Notes under the pieces: generated by a model
Databases searched by the model: none
What the model was told of the DNA's origin: nothing
Seen by the model: only the letters and a program-made list of their open reading frames with translations
From: Guillardia theta CCMP2712
Lineage: Eukaryota > Protista > Cryptophyta
NCBI RefSeq assembly: GCF_000315625.1
Contig: NW_005434639.1
Span: 594,363 to 658,362, forward strand
Length of the DNA stretch: 64,000 bases
Direction of reading: 5' to 3'
Translations under genes and position numbers: made by a program
Shown: positions 1-14,100 of the stretch, one piece after another
How the letters are laid out: every line of letters starts with the position of its first letter
Numbering within the stretch: position 1 is the stretch's first letter

Positions 1-3000
1 GCAGGTTCCGTAGTCGGGGGCCTCGACTATGAAGGCGGTCTGGATCGAACCGAAGAAGCAGCGAGCTGAGCTGAAGGAGAGATACCCATACCCGAACACC
101 TGGATCGTCGTACCTCCTTGCACAGAAGAGATGTTTGGGAAGATGCTGGTGATCCCGAGGTCCGAAAAGTAGGTAAACTGGCACTGCACGTTGCTCGCTT
201 GGGGGTAACAGGCGAAGTTGATCCCGTCGAGTGCTATCTGGAACGATACACTTCCAGAAGTGGCGACAGCAGGGGAGCGGCACACGATGTCGGAGCCAAC
301 AAGGCTCATCGCACTGACCTGTTCAACGTCAGCCTCCTCCCCCCCCGACATTCCAAGGATACCAGACCCCCGAACGAGCACAGGCTGACAGCGTCGATCA
401 GCATGTTGGCGTGCCCCTGTACTGTCACGAGCGTCCCTCCGGATATCGAGCCGAACGTGGGCGTGATAGCAAAGGGAGATAGCTCGTCGTAGACATAAAC
501 ATTCTGATTAGATGTCACATAGTCCTGCAGACAATCATTGTCAATGGAACAAATGAACCATCTGCAGTGCTCTTGCCTGCCCATTCGTCGTCATCGCCAC
601 TGCGGCATATCCCACGCTGTAAGAGGGAGAGGAGCACTGCGTAACATTGTCATCGCCCACTCCCCCGCCCACTCTCCACCTCCCAGCAGCGATCATACCA
701 GGGCAAAGGAAGAGGAAAGGAAGACCGCTGGCATGGAGTCGGAGGTTCCATACTGAGTGCGAGAGTGAGGGAGGGCAAGAGCTCACAAAGTCTCTTACTT
801 TGCATCGCAACGTAAACCGATCATGGAAATTCTGACCGTAGATGGAGACAAGGGAATATCCGGCCGACCGCACGAGTGTTGGCCAAAGTTTCGTCACCAC
901 CGGCTGAGTCTCGTAGGAGAAGAATCCAGGAGCAGGGAAGTAGGAAGCGCCTGCATCAAACGAGGCCTGGAGTTTGAGAAGCTGTCAGTGGGAAGCAGAG
1001 ATGGAGGGAAAGGGGAGTAGGGATGGATGAAGGAGGAAACGATTTGGAAGTTGGTGATGAAAACATGGGTGGAAAGGTTGATCAACGGGAGGAGAAACAG
1101 TGAAAGCAGAGGCAGGGAGGTCAGGTCAAAGGCATAGCAAGTAGCACCTCAAGTTTCATCACGGAGCCGACGGTGCCGGCCGGGCAGGAGAAGTAGAGAG
1201 CGTAAACGCTGGAATTGTAAGACGCCGGGAACGTCGTGGTGGTCCCTTTGATCCGGACGAGGAGGGAGGAGCCGCTCCTGGGGGTGAGGGGGGTAGGGTT
1301 GTTGACGTACTGGGGATCCGTGTTACAGCACTCCCCGCCAAGGAAGATACCGTAGAGGGATACGATGATGCTGCCCTGAGGGGGCCCGAAGGCCGGAAAG
1401 ATCCTCCCAATCTTGGGGATCAGAGAGCAGGCCCGTCCCCAGTAGCCTGACGTGCAGTTGCAAGAGTTCTTCAAGCACGTGCCGTACTGCCTGCCTTCCC
1501 ACGAGCACCCCGCTCCCTGCAGGTCGTCGGAAGGGCAGCCCCAGCCGCTAGAGAAGAAGTAGTAGGAAGTGAAGGCCGAGGACTTGTCGATCCCCTGGTT
1601 GTTGCTCATTCGCACTGAGACGGTTCCGATCGGATTCTGCGGGAGGGTCAGGGAAGTTGAAGATGCGGATGTGGATTACTGGAGGACTTGCAGCCTTGAC
1701 AAGATCGTGGCGAACGAAAGTTGCTGGGACGTAGGAGTTTCCGAAGAAGGCCTTGAGCCTTGTGTCAACAAGGGACAGAGAGGATGAGGGAGAGACGGAG
1801 ATAAGAAAGTAGGAGTGGCGTTGGGACAACATTGGGCAAGGGAGGTTGAGTCAAGCGGAAGAAAAGACGAGATGGAAGGAAGACGGGAGGTGCAGAATAG
1901 AGCAGGATAAGACAATCTCAACCTGGAGACCAGGACCGGCCACGAAGTAATTGCCAAGTAAGAACATGAGGGTAGACCCCTCCTCGCTGCCTGATAGCGG
2001 CGTTGTTGCATACAGCTCGACCTGCAAGAATAATCAGGTCTGTGCTGGGACTGTTGTGTGTAGAAGAAGCTCCCTTACCGGTGCATGGATGACAAACCTG
2101 GGGCCATTGCTTGTGAACTGCTGGGCGTTGAGAGAGACAGCGAACTCTAGATCGAAGATCGCTGGGAAGCCATGAGCGCGCGTACCGCAAGCTCCCTGCA
2201 GACTTACCCAGTCGAGTGTTGCGAGGACAGGGACAAAGAAGGTTGCTACTCGCATCCATGAAAGCGCCTGGAGGTACGACGTTATCATGGGACAGGAGTA
2301 GAGCGTAGTCATGAGGTACGCACGAGTGGTCATGAGGGACTGGTCCGGCGGATAGTGGTAGGGGTCGAGGAAAATTTTATCGCTGTTGGTTGCGTTGGCC
2401 GGCCAGAATCTGGAAACTTTAGTGTCAGGTCGATCAAACTTGTGCCGGGCATTCAATCGATCGCACACCTGCAGCGAAGAGTGTCATTGTATCCACTCTG
2501 AATGTGCAATCCATGGACGGTGATAAGTGTGCCACCAATATTCGGACAGTTCGAAGGAGCTGCCACCAACTGAGTCAGACGAAGGCAAAATGTCGAGTCC
2601 TCTCACTTGTGGAGCTGACTGCTGGGTTGCTGTAATATCGGTAGTCAATGACGTGAAAAGACTCGAAGCCCGTGAAGGTCGCCCGAAGTTCTGCAAGCAG
2701 CACTTGCTGGTTGCTTCCAACAGAACTTGTGTTGGTTGCGACCCCCTGGCTGATTGAGGGACTCTGGCATGCGATCTGCTTGCACAGGATTCCATCAACT
2801 GAAGTCGAGCTGGAGCAGTCATTGAGAAATGCAGCGACTCGAAGGCCTCCAAAGATGCACTGAGCATATGGTGAAGTTGTGTTGGAACCAATCTTGTAGA
2901 AAAATTCACCGAAAATCGTCACCTGTAGAATCGTGAGCGAACTACAAACGTGTATCACACCGATAAAGATAATGATTTTCTTTGACCCACCTTTGTTCCT

Positions 3001-5900
3001 CCCGAGACTGGGCCAAGACATGGACTGACATATGAGAATGTAGGATCTTGAAAGAACAGGAAAGATCGAGGGGGGGTGAAGTCGATTCCTTGGTTCAACG
3101 AGAGTCTGAAGGAGTAGAGGACGGCTTGGTTTGGCCGCGGGGGAGTAATGCAGATGATATTGTTGAAGAGACTTGCCCCGATTCTCACGTCGCCTAAGAT
3201 CGGCACTGGTGATAGGCTGTTGTCAAACCTGCATTGTATGCACTTAGTTCCAACACACGTTGTCTGGTTGAGAGTGAAAAAAGAGTTGAGCGTGATGTTG
3301 ATCCTTGATCCTCCCAGAGTTGAAGCAGCGGTTGGAAAGAAGCCGTCAATGACGTAGATGCTTATCTTGAGCTTGTTGGAACAGTCTTCGCCATTGAGAG
3401 TCACGCAGACATCCAGCGATGGACTTGAGTAGACGAGGCTGGGAGATTTGCAATACAGCAAACTCGAAGAACTGAAGTCAGCAGCAACAAGCTGAGCCGA
3501 TCCAAAGTTGCACGCAATCTACACAGAAGATAAGGACACAGGGTCGTGTAAGACCATGGATGCAAACCTGATCCGTCGCGATGAAGTTCGTGCCAGTCAA
3601 AGTTATAGTTGTTCCCCCGACGATTGACAAGATTGTTGGAGTTAAGGTCGAGATTTGAGGGACCTGGAATATCCTGACGGACAAGGAGCCAGTCCATTGC
3701 GCATCAAGAACACTGTTCTCAGAGTTGAACGAAATGCTCACTGTGTAGTCCTGGTAGGGGGCAGTCAGGGTGACTTCGGGGCTGAAACAGAGAAGCCTCG
3801 TGGAAGTGACAAATGTTCCGACGGTAAGTTTGTACGCTGACGATGTTTCATACTTGCACGCAATCCCATTGAGAAGAGAGTTGGGCGGGAACCCGGAGCC
3901 AGCGACCGAGATCAAGGTTGAACCGAGTCTCAGGGCCTTGGTTGGAGAGATAGAAAGCACGGAGGGGGTAGCAAAATATTGGAAAGTGAAGTTCAAGGCA
4001 GCAAAAGATTGTCCGTCCAGACTGATCTCCACTGGGTACGACCCGGCTGAGTTTGCGGGTACAGTACATGCCATGGTGCTGGAGCTGAGGATCTTACCAG
4101 CGGCCGTAACGCGGCCTAGGCGGACCTGTACAAGGGACATGTAGACAGTGTTGTAGTATGCATCATACGGGAAGTAACTTCCTGAGATCATCAAGGGGAC
4201 AGAACCTTGCAAGAAGGAGCGATCCAGCGATAGCCCCAGTCCTTGTATTGAAGCAAGCTCCAGGTATCTCTCATCAGACCATCCCGTTCTTGACATGTCC
4301 GCACTGACGGACAGTGCCATCTTGTACACGCTTATCTTGGGAGCAAGGGGAGGTGCTGAGCAGGAGAGCTGATCTCCCTGCATCTTTGCCGGGTTGAAAT
4401 ATTGCCTAGTCACCAACCAAGGTCAGCTGAACAAATTTTAGGAAACTTGAACACGCACCTGTTGGGATCTCTCATCGCGCTACTCTGATACCACGGAAGG
4501 CTTTGATTTCCCGCAGGAACGAGTCGAAACCTGCAGTACGGAGACAGGGTCTGCTGCTTGCTCAGCGTGAAGAAGTTGTAGACATTGATTGTGAAAATCG
4601 CCTTGCCGTCCGAGAAGGTGACAATCGGGGAAACAAAGTTGGAGATCCCGAATATCCTGATGGGAAAAGAGCTGTCGAGCACACGCCCATTGATGACAGG
4701 TGTTATGTTGAATGAATCATGATTCGATGTGTTGAGGAATGATGGCAAGAGGCAGAGGACCCCATATCTTGTCTGCGAGAAAGGCTCTACACCAGTAGCA
4801 AAGTTGGTTGCAATCGGATCAGCCCTTATCGCCCAGGTCGGCTGCAGACCGTTCAAGGCACAAGTCACGTTGCTGCTGTTGTCAATGTGCACCCATGTTG
4901 GCAGGGGGAGGACAACGCTCCCACCGACGTCAGGGACCGGTGTTTCCTGCGAGGAGAGTATCGGTGCGGCAGCGCATTGTACCGGGTCTCCGTTCAGCTT
5001 TACCCTGCGGTTGCGGTCAGCCGCGAGCTTTCAGACCATCGGCATACCATGAGCTCGACGATCCCAGAGGCCGGCAGGTCTCGTTGAAGGACAAGACCCT
5101 TGCCGACAACAATGGTTGGGCCCACAATGCCAGGAGGAGGAGACCGAGGCATTGGGGCGAGTATGTTGCTGTCATTGAGAGAATCTTCGACGTGAGCCTG
5201 TCCTCAGTGATGTCTCGATCGACCGGAACGCATAACCCACTGCATGGAAGCTATGGTTCGGCATCCTGGCAACGGAAATCAACGAGTCGACCACCCGAGC
5301 CTCCACAAACTTCGCTAACCAGCAACCCACGAACACAAACCTCAGGAACTTATCTGAGCATGCTCCCCATCACAGCTCTCTCCCCCCCCTGACTCTCTCC
5401 TCTGATCCTCTTCATCCTCCCTCCCCGCGACCCTCCTCTAGCATCTTCCATGCCTGCCCCATCCTGCCATATCTTCTAACTGCATTCCCGCACATGTCCA
5501 GCGGGTCCGCCTCACCTTCTTATCTGCTCTCAGATTTACGAAAAAATGGGGCAGAGCGCTTTCGCTGCTCCTGCGGGGTCGAAGAAGGGGAGGGGGGAGG
5601 AGAGGAAGAGCAGAGGAAGAGGAGAGGAAGAGGAAAAGCGATTTAGAAGAAGCAACTGTAGAGAGGATACGCGTTTTGAGACCGACCTTGCTGCTGTCGG
5701 TTCGAGAAAGGAGAATGAGCGTGTCGATTTGACTGTTTTTGGATTGGAGACTGTCTTGTGTTAGCTGATCTTGGCGATTGTTGGCGTTAGGAGGCGATCA
5801 CGAATACAGGATCATGGCTTCATTGAGAACACAGACTTCGGGCATCAGTCAGACCACAACAGCCTCTGTGAGTTTCATGCTGTCCCAGGATGGTTGCCCT
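1..5900 (-). CDS. Large multi-exon extracellular protein with repeated IPT/TIG domains and an EGF-like domain; runs off the left edge, 5' end uncertain
   Basis: Repeated IPT motifs (AITPTFGSISGGTLVTVQG; SISPTKALRLGSTLISVAGSGF; TLTPTILSIVGGTTITLTGTNF; VEISLDGQSF; LSLNQGIDF) and EGF-like GTCLKNSCNCTSGYWGRACS in minus-strand ORFs separated by pyrimidine-rich introns. Confidence 0.75.
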
Positions 5901-6870
5901 GCAGCTCCTGACAGAAATCTTGACTGCAGGCGGAGCAGGCAGAAAGGTCGCAGGTCACTTTGAGATTGGCTCCAAGACACAGGGTGAAGTGGAGCGAAGA
6001 TGTACTTGACAATGAGGTTTGATGCACGCTGGGAGTACTCAGGGACCTCAGTGGCTTGACAGGGCATGGGGAAGCGAAAGTCGAACAAGTGCTGCATCTT
6101 CCACCGCAAGAAGAAGTTTGGAGAGAGCAGCAGCGAGAGCGAGTAAAATTCGCTCTCCTATTCTCCTTGGCTCTTGATTGATTTGATCCTTCAAGATATT
6201 CGAGTGGAGCGGAGAGCGGGAGTGAAAGCCCAAGGAAGAACGGTTCAAAAGGTTCGCTTCTGTCTGTCCTCCACCCTCAGCCAATGATTCGGGGTTGGCA
6301 CTCAGGGTCGAGCCGTAAATGCACGTGTGGAAAGGATGCAGAGGAAGCAGAAAACAGCTGCACTTCGAGCAGGTACGTGCCCATGCACTATCCTCCACGT
6401 GCATAACACCCCCGTAGAAAAGGACCTTCATCCCGTCGACAGAAGGACGAAAGCGATGAGGTAGGAATGGAGACATGCTGTCCTTGCACTTCCTTGCATT
6501 GTCTGATGGAAAAGTTCTCCGAGCTAAATGCTTCTTGTTCTGCAGGGGAAGTCCTTGTTTGATCACCTCAAAGTCGTTCCTTGAATGGTACCTTTCAAAC
6601 GCAATGTCAGCTGTTGTGTGCACAGCTGCCAACGACAAGCCCCTGGATCCTCTCCTACCGATAGAGCAAGAGATTGCTCAAAATGATATGGCCCAGGATC
6701 ATTGCGCCAGCAAGAATCTTGTGTGTCGTACGAGTTGTACATATGGAATGAATTTAACGAAACCCTACACCACTGATCTGACATGGTAACAAGAAACAAA
6801 CAGTTCTGTACAATTTGGACATGTCTACTACTACAAGCACTGAGGACGAAGAGAGCGAAGATGGCATGCA

Positions 6871-8429
6871 TCATCCTTTCCGTTTGATTAAAGAAGGAAT
6901 TTCGGAGCCTTCCGGAAGCAGATCTTGCAAACTCTTACTGCAAATCAAGACAGCATGTCAGCCGTTGAGGTGTCTGTGACAGCAAATGCAATTACGTCAA
7001 ATCCTTCGACATGTGAATCTTCTTCGCAAGCCTCTTCGGTATCAATTTAGAAAGAATCGACCATGCCGCTCGGACAAACAGGTTTACGGGCCCGACCTGC
7101 GAAAGCACAAGATAAGGACACAAAGCGCATGAATGCGAACAACACCAGCAGCATTCCAAGACGGTCAGGGTATGCCTCTGTTGCAACATTCAGAAGTGCC
7201 TTGTCCCGGCTGCAGCATCGAAACGTCACGATTCCACATCAATTGTCATCAATCGCGTGCCTGATATCCAAGTGCTTTCTTCCCAGGTCTGATGCGTCCA
7301 CAACCAGAAGGAAAGAAGACACCTCCTGAAAGTTCAGAATTAAGACGCAGTACTTTAAATGTCCTTCAAATCAAGCTACCTTCTCCATCATTTGGATGCC
7401 GCGTTCAATCAGATAAACATGTGCTCGAATATATTCATCGCGGTCATAGGTTTTCAAGTCCATGAGGGCTGGACGAGCTAGAAAACAACCTCAATCCTGG
7501 GATCTACACCACAGACTCGCCCTCACCATAAAGAATCGGTCTTCCGAACTTGTCATAACCAGACCAAAACATATGATTTGGTGCAAGCGATCTGCGGGCT
7601 GTGTTGGAACAGGGCGCATCAAAAATATCATGAGCAATCACCTGGATACATCCTCGAAGGATATCGAAGCTGCCCCGTTCTCAACACGCCATCTTAATGA
7701 TTTCAAGATCTTTTGCGCTACATATTCAAATGTCCTCTGCTTCCCGTCCTTCGTTCCAGACAACACAGAACGCAAGTAAGCAGTTGACAGAACTTTCTCG
7801 TTGTCCTTGAAACCTTCTTTGCTCAGGAAATTCCTCAAGCGTACCACCAACTCATCGACGTTAGAAGGAGAAAGCGAATCTTCTACCATGTAGTCCATGT
7901 CAAGGGAATTCTCCAACAAATCAATCTCTGCGTCAATGGGGAGTCCGTGGACCAGCTCATCCGTTGCTGGACTGCTCAAAAGGCATACTACGCTTGTTGT
8001 TTCCTTGTCATACCCCCGATTCTCGGCATCCAAGAACCTTTCAGGAGGAAGACTCTTCGATCTCGTCCTGGAAAATTCTTGGAAACCTTCTGATGTGTTT
8101 GTTTTGCCAAAGATGGATACGTTCACTGCGGAAACGTCGGAGCACATCGTATTCCCATCAAATTGCTTGAGGGGGAGTCCCTCCATCCGAATCACCGCCG
8201 TGGACATTCAGAGGTATGAATCACAAGCTTATAGCATAGACCTGTACAGCAAATCAATCAATCGGGATAAGACATTAAGAGATTCTGCATATCGTGCGGG
8301 AAAGAAAAGAAGCCTTACGCCTCCATGTCTTAGGGTTAAATTCGATGGGACGTATGCAACCTCGGTTTCGATTTCATCGCTTCCTTTCCATCTTAACAAT
8401 TTCAAATATTTTGACATCCTCATGATCAT
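6871..8429 (-). CDS. CRAL-TRIO (Sec14-like) lipid-binding protein, multi-exon; start approximate
   Basis: Exons translate to AQKILKSLRWRVENG (CRAL-TRIO N region), HMFWSGYDKFGRPILY, FLLVVDASDLG, EAYPDRLGMLLV, PVNLFVRAAWSILSKLIPKRLAKKIHM and a last exon KSLQDLLPEGSEIPSLIKRKG*. Confidence 0.75.
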
Positions 8430-8689
8430 GCCACGACTCTGACTGAAATCAAGGGCTCTGGAGACATCCTACGTTCCTGTCTCTTGCCAGGGAGCTTTCT
8501 CAACATGACCCTTCATCCTAACTCTTCCTTCCAACCCTCCACATACTTTCAGCTGATCAGGCTCCCTGAATTTTCTCTATCTCATCGACCTGCTATCAGT
8601 CTGTCACTTTTCACTGAATCAGCGCAGATCTACATTCTGTTGATCCATCCCTCCCGTCCATGATCCTGGAGTAAGAATTCAGGGGAAGG

Positions 8690-9620
8690 GGAAAATGGGG
8701 GTGGGTTTAATGAGCTGATCTGCAGGGGTACTTTTGACAAAACTGAGGTGGATGGTTTCAAAGGGGTAGGGTACAGGGGGTAGGGTACCCTCATTTGACC
8801 AGGTAGAGAAGGGGGGTTGTCAAGGTCAGGGCATGTGAACGCTGGGTAGTTCATACAAGGATCAGGAAAGAGGGGGTAATTCAACTTGACAATCATGGGA
8901 AAGTAAGGGGTTAGCAGAAAAGTCAAAATTTGTGAATGGGTGGGTCCCTGTAGAGGAGTATGATGGTAGAGAGGGGGTGGTATATATAGCAAAAATGGAG
9001 GTAGAAAATCTTTTGTCTCTGTGCGGTGGTTTTAGTGAAAGGGGTGTTGTAGTCGTTTGTCCCCAAAGGGTGGGGGTACTCGTGGGAGGGGTGAGGGGTA
9101 TGGTTGATTATGGATGGTGGGTACTATCAAATGAAACAGTGGGTAGGGGTTAATTAGCATTGTCCAAGACCTAAAGGTACCTTTCGACTGATCACCCTAT
9201 CAAGTGACCAAAAAACAAAGTTCAAAGGTGGGGTAGCTCATATCCATGGATTGGGTATGTCAGTAAACAGGGGGTAGTTACAGTGTGTTAAAGGGTAGGG
9301 TAGTACAAGAGGCGACACCAGTAGGGTACATGAATTCAGGGGTAGTGACAAGTAAGGGACACAAAAGGACGGGTGGGGTCCTAGATTTAAAATAGTGAGA
9401 TGCTAAAAATGGATTGTTAGCTACAGCCTTATACGGATCTTTCAGTACTGAATGCAAAACATGGTACAAAATTACAACTAACTTTTTCCACACAAACCAC
9501 TGGGATCACCCCATCTTCTGGACGTGCTGTGGAAGTACCCTACAGACTACTGCTGTCGGTTTTGAACCCATGTCTGGGGTCTGGACTACCCCTGTGTCTA
9601 CCCCTACCCCCATGATATGA
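8690..9620. promoter_or_regulatory. Intergenic block rich in GGGGTA/GGGTAG (left part) and TACCCC (right part) motifs between divergent genes
   Basis: Many gggta/ggggta words at 8700-9380 and tacccc words at 9530-9615. The regulatory role is inferred. Confidence 0.35.
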
Positions 9621-9745
9621 AATCAAAACCAAGAATGGTTTCTGCAAAATGACGTCTAAAATCTAAAAATCGCTATAAATATTTTAAGTATCTCAACATC
9701 TTTCATTTGGAAGTTAGAGGGTCGCATCTCAGCAACACTTGAAGG

Positions 9746-10460
9746 CTAGGCCGGGCGGTCACGCACACTGTGGCACTGACCGCCGGGCCGCGTCACTCAG
9801 TGATTCCGAAGTTCCACCCCGGCCCGGCGGGCCGCGGGGCCTGGCGTCGAGTCCCGGTGACTCTCGGTGACCTCACCGGTCGTGCCGCCGTCACCGGGAC
9901 TGGCTGTGTGAACTTGGTCTTTACTCAAAGTTAAGTGTCCCCCAAACTTAACTGATACCTTCACTTAACTGCGCGCACTGCAGTGCAGGACAATTCCCCC
10001 GCGCCATGCCAGGGATGATCATAGCAGGAGTCCGATCCGATGATCGCTGTGGCCGCCGCCGAAGGAATGAGACCGTGACGCATATGATACCGGACTGATG
10101 CACAGGGCCCGCGATGATGGCAGCGCCGGAACTGGCGGCGGAACTGGGACAGGGAGGCCTTGAGTTGACGGCGAAAGATCCTGCCAGTCCGATCCGATCA
10201 GAATGCGTTTGCAAGTCGGACTCTCGGCGTCACCAGGCTGCCAGCAGGCTTTCTTGAAGGGGAGTCGGAACTCCGGCGGAGGCGCGCAACGGCTGCAAGC
10301 GGCCCATCAGCCTAACTAGTCAGAGGAGTCAGTCCGATCCGACGGTCACTGATTCAAAACTGTCGGAAAGCCTGGCCGGGCAACTGAGTTCTGCCCCGGG
10401 CCGGCGGCGGCGGCCGCTCCGAGTCACTGAGGCTGCAAGCCTACTACCTGGAACAGTTAT
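9746..10460. repeat. CpG-rich low-complexity island with short palindromes (member of a recurring class)
   Basis: Dense CCGG, GGCC, TCAGTGA, GACTC and CCGATCCG words; similar islands at ~16.1, 28.0, 40.6 and 46.6 kb. Confidence 0.45.
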
Positions 10461-11199
10461 CGATCCGTTATCATTATGCCAATCTTCAAATCCCGCCGAT
10501 GCGCCATTCCTGATTTCCATCAAGAGAGAAATTAGAGTGGAGGGAGAGGAGAAGATGTGCTGTAACAAATGCTGATCGGTCTACCGACAGATAGATGGAG
10601 ACATCTCCAGATGCGGGAAAGTTAATGGCAAGAAAGATTCAAGCCAGAGAAATTCAACTTCTTCACTGCTTCCATTTCACGCCTTAATTGAAGTCAAAAG
10701 TGGAGTTTTTGTGCAAATAGGAAATGAAATACTGGTGAAATAATGGACAGAGAAATATGTCAGGGTCGTTGTGGCACCCTGATGACATTATGATGAGGAA
10801 AGCTAGGACATCATATTGCAGAAAGTCATGTCCATGTGATGTCAGTCTGAAAAGTCTTGTATGAAAGGACCTGGCATTGCGTTACTTCCCATTATCATAA
10901 AACCTGTGTTCGGAGTATTCACCTGAAGTTTTGTCCGTTGAATTTTGAGATAGATCCAAGATTAGAACGAGGTGCAATAGACCTGATTAAGAGTTCAGAG
11001 ACTGATCTGCATATTAATTTTGGGAGAACTAGGTTGAAAAAATTGCCAATGACTGACCTTCGTATCAGGCGACCATGCCATACACCGAAGAACAAAGGTT
11101 AAACTCGATTCTACGATTCACAGACAGTAAGCTGTCGAACTTTGCTGATCAGGTTTACTTTGTGAATTTGTTCTGTACATTCATGGTACTGATGATACT

Positions 11200-14100
11200 T
11201 TGATGCAGCTTGCTGATGACTTTGCGAGATCTGGAGCTGTGCGACAACGCTTTTTTCCAGATCAGTCGTCCCAGTCTTTGTATCACGACTTACCTTTGCC
11301 ATCCATGCCAGAAGGTGGCAGTCAGATGAACAATGAGATGGTGTATTCGCCAGGACCTCACGTAGGTCCATTGCCTGCAGAGCAAAGTGCGCTGGATTAT
11401 TTGATGGAAGAGAAAGAAAACCTGGCGTATCCCATGCTCTCACATCTTAAAATGTCCATTTCAAACTCCGAGCAGCCTGGCTCCAATGAATGGACGTCAA
11501 TTGAGAGAAACAAGAGCAGCAAGGTTTTCCCGACCAGTGACGATTTGAATCACGACCTATCTGGGAATCATAATCACTTTGCTACACCGAACACTCAAAC
11601 GCACAAGATGGGCTTGTCAAAGACTCTCAATGGGATCAACGACTGGGAAGTGCGGCCGTCGCCCAAGGATCTAGGAGATTTTCAGGAACTGTTGGACATC
11701 AGCAATGAGCGGCGGAGGGACGTTTCCTATGGAGAAAGGTGGGAGGCAGACAACAAGAGCGACGCAGTCACACCTCATGCACATGACACTGCAACAAAGA
11801 ACTTCAGGACGGCTGCTCCAGTCATGCATGACGAAGACTGGTATGGATTGAATAGCCAGTTGCAATCGCTCTCCACCAGAAAGCAGCAGGTCTCAAACGA
11901 TCTTTCACGTCATCATATGAGTCAGGAGTGTGATGTAAATGATTTGGAAACTCTAGAATCCAAGTCATTGATGAATGACATCAACTGGATTGAAAGGCAC
12001 TTTGCTGCTGACCTCAGCACAGGAGAATCGCCTGAAAGAGCTGCAGACAGAGCAAACGTGAGAAATTCCACAATTGAAAACAAGTTGCAGAATAACTCAA
12101 CAAGCAAGACGGCATTGAGATGGCAGAACTCAATGAGCATGTACGTCAAGCACCTTGGTGATGACGAGAGCCAAGGAGAATTTGGCAAGAGTCAGAGCGT
12201 CGCTGTCTTCCTGTCTTCGGACATGCTCGTCGATGGTACCAAGAATGCCGACAACCTGGCAAACTCACAGCAGGAATCTTGGACAAATGCGCCCTTCGCA
12301 GCGGATGTTAGTGTGCAAGGGATGACGTCATCTCATGGCTGGAAAAGCAACTATCAGGTAGATACTTCACCCTTGACCAACGATGAGTCAGCAGGGAGTA
12401 CCTCCTCGCAAGTGAAATTTCAGCTTGGCGATGAGAAAAACTTGGTCAAGTCGAGCGGCGGTCTGGTCACCAACCAGTCAGGATCAACGAGAGTTGTTCA
12501 GCCTTGGACTCCCATCACTCCACTAAACTTCACACCCAGAAAAACGGAATTGGATGACTCCTCCCTCAAGTACTTGATGGCAAAGTGGGCTGAGAAAGAA
12601 CAAAAGATTCAGCACGATTCCTCTGGATTTGAGAAGAGCTCTTTAAGACGCTTCGAGGAGGGCTACGTAAGCTCGACGTCTTCCGAAGGTGCGACCAAGT
12701 CGGGTGGAATGAAGAGAGCAAGCGAGGCTGTTGATGACAAGTGTTGTGCTGATGGGAGCGGCTGCACAACGGTAAAGATGCCACAGGTTCAAAACAAATC
12801 TCCAGGTCAGTCAGTTGTTTCATCGAGTGTACAGCAGAGAACGGTTGAAACCTCAGCATTGAGCGCAGAGGGGAAGTCACAGTCGATGGTCCATTCAGAG
12901 AGTCGCGTGAGCGAGAGGGAGCCTGTGACGGATCGTTCAGAACGCGACATACTTACAAGCCATGAGGAGCTTTACCTCACCGAGACAAGTAAAGTCCCAC
13001 CGTCTCGAATGAAATCGTCGGTGAGTGGTCAAGGAGAAACTTTTCGAGAGGTCAACTCGCCCGGATTTTCCTCCCGAGCGTCGAGGGACAGGATGTCGAT
13101 GGAGGAGCAGGACGAGCAAAATTCTGAAGGCACCCCATCCATCATAGTGTCCAACTATCAGCAGAATGGCAGTGACTCATCGATCATCCTGCCGGTTGAA
13201 GAAAGCTTCGACTCAAGCTCCTCGGACGCGCCTGAGGAAAACGACGATGACTTGAATCACAAGGTAGACGACGATGATAGGGACAGCCTTGCCGACAGTT
13301 TGGTTGATTCCGACGGCGAGGCAGTTAAGGATGAGAAGCAGGTGACAAGAATCGTGGGAGCTGAGAGTGAAGGGAAGACGTCTTGTACGCACATCGAGCC
13401 TCCGATCGCACAGGTGGAAGTCAGTTCGACCTCCCTTTGCTTCAGCAGGCAGCACAAAGTCAAACCTCTCTCGTTCCGAAACGTCTGTGAATATCCCATC
13501 CTGGTGATCTTGAGATTTTTGCAGGAAAGCGTCTCCAAATTCTCACTGCCCCAGGAGTTTCTCAAAGAAACCACCTTACAGCCCGGCCAGTCGGTGGACA
13601 TGGCAGTGAAATATCACCCGGATGGCAGCTTGCCCTCCAAGGAAGAAACACATCTTGCCATCCTGTCAATCCCATTCCACGCCTCCTCCTCCCAACCGAG
13701 TTGCTCGTGGGTCTCTATTAAAGCGGAGGAGGAGGAGGAGGTCAACTCCGCGGACAAGTCGAGAGTGAATGGAGGAGCGCAACGACGAGCGGAGGACCCT
13801 CAAGACTCGCACTGGTTCGTCGACGCCATGTCGGTCGATCTCGGCATGGTCTACTGCCAGACTGCAGGAATCTTCACACCTCCTGTACATCAGGGCACGT
13901 CAGTGGTCAACTCGTCGGGCCATGACGTGTCGTTCTTGGCCTGGTTGAAGGACAAGAGCTCCCCCGCCCGGTCCACCTTCGGCATCTCTCTCGAGTCTTG
14001 CTCTAAAGCTCCCTTCCGTCCAGCTGGCTTCGTCCTCTTTACCGTCCCAGCTCGGCAGAGGAGGCCCTTGCGGATCTCTGTCGACACCTCGACGTACAAG

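Noticed and set aside
6048-6874. ORFs between the IPT and CRAL-TRIO genes
   Set aside because: They cannot be assigned; they may be 5' exons of the IPT gene or UTR, and no motif was recognised.
8690-9620. Interstitial telomeric repeats
   Set aside because: The G-rich words are dispersed GGGGTA variants, not tandem TTTAGGG/TTAGGG arrays.
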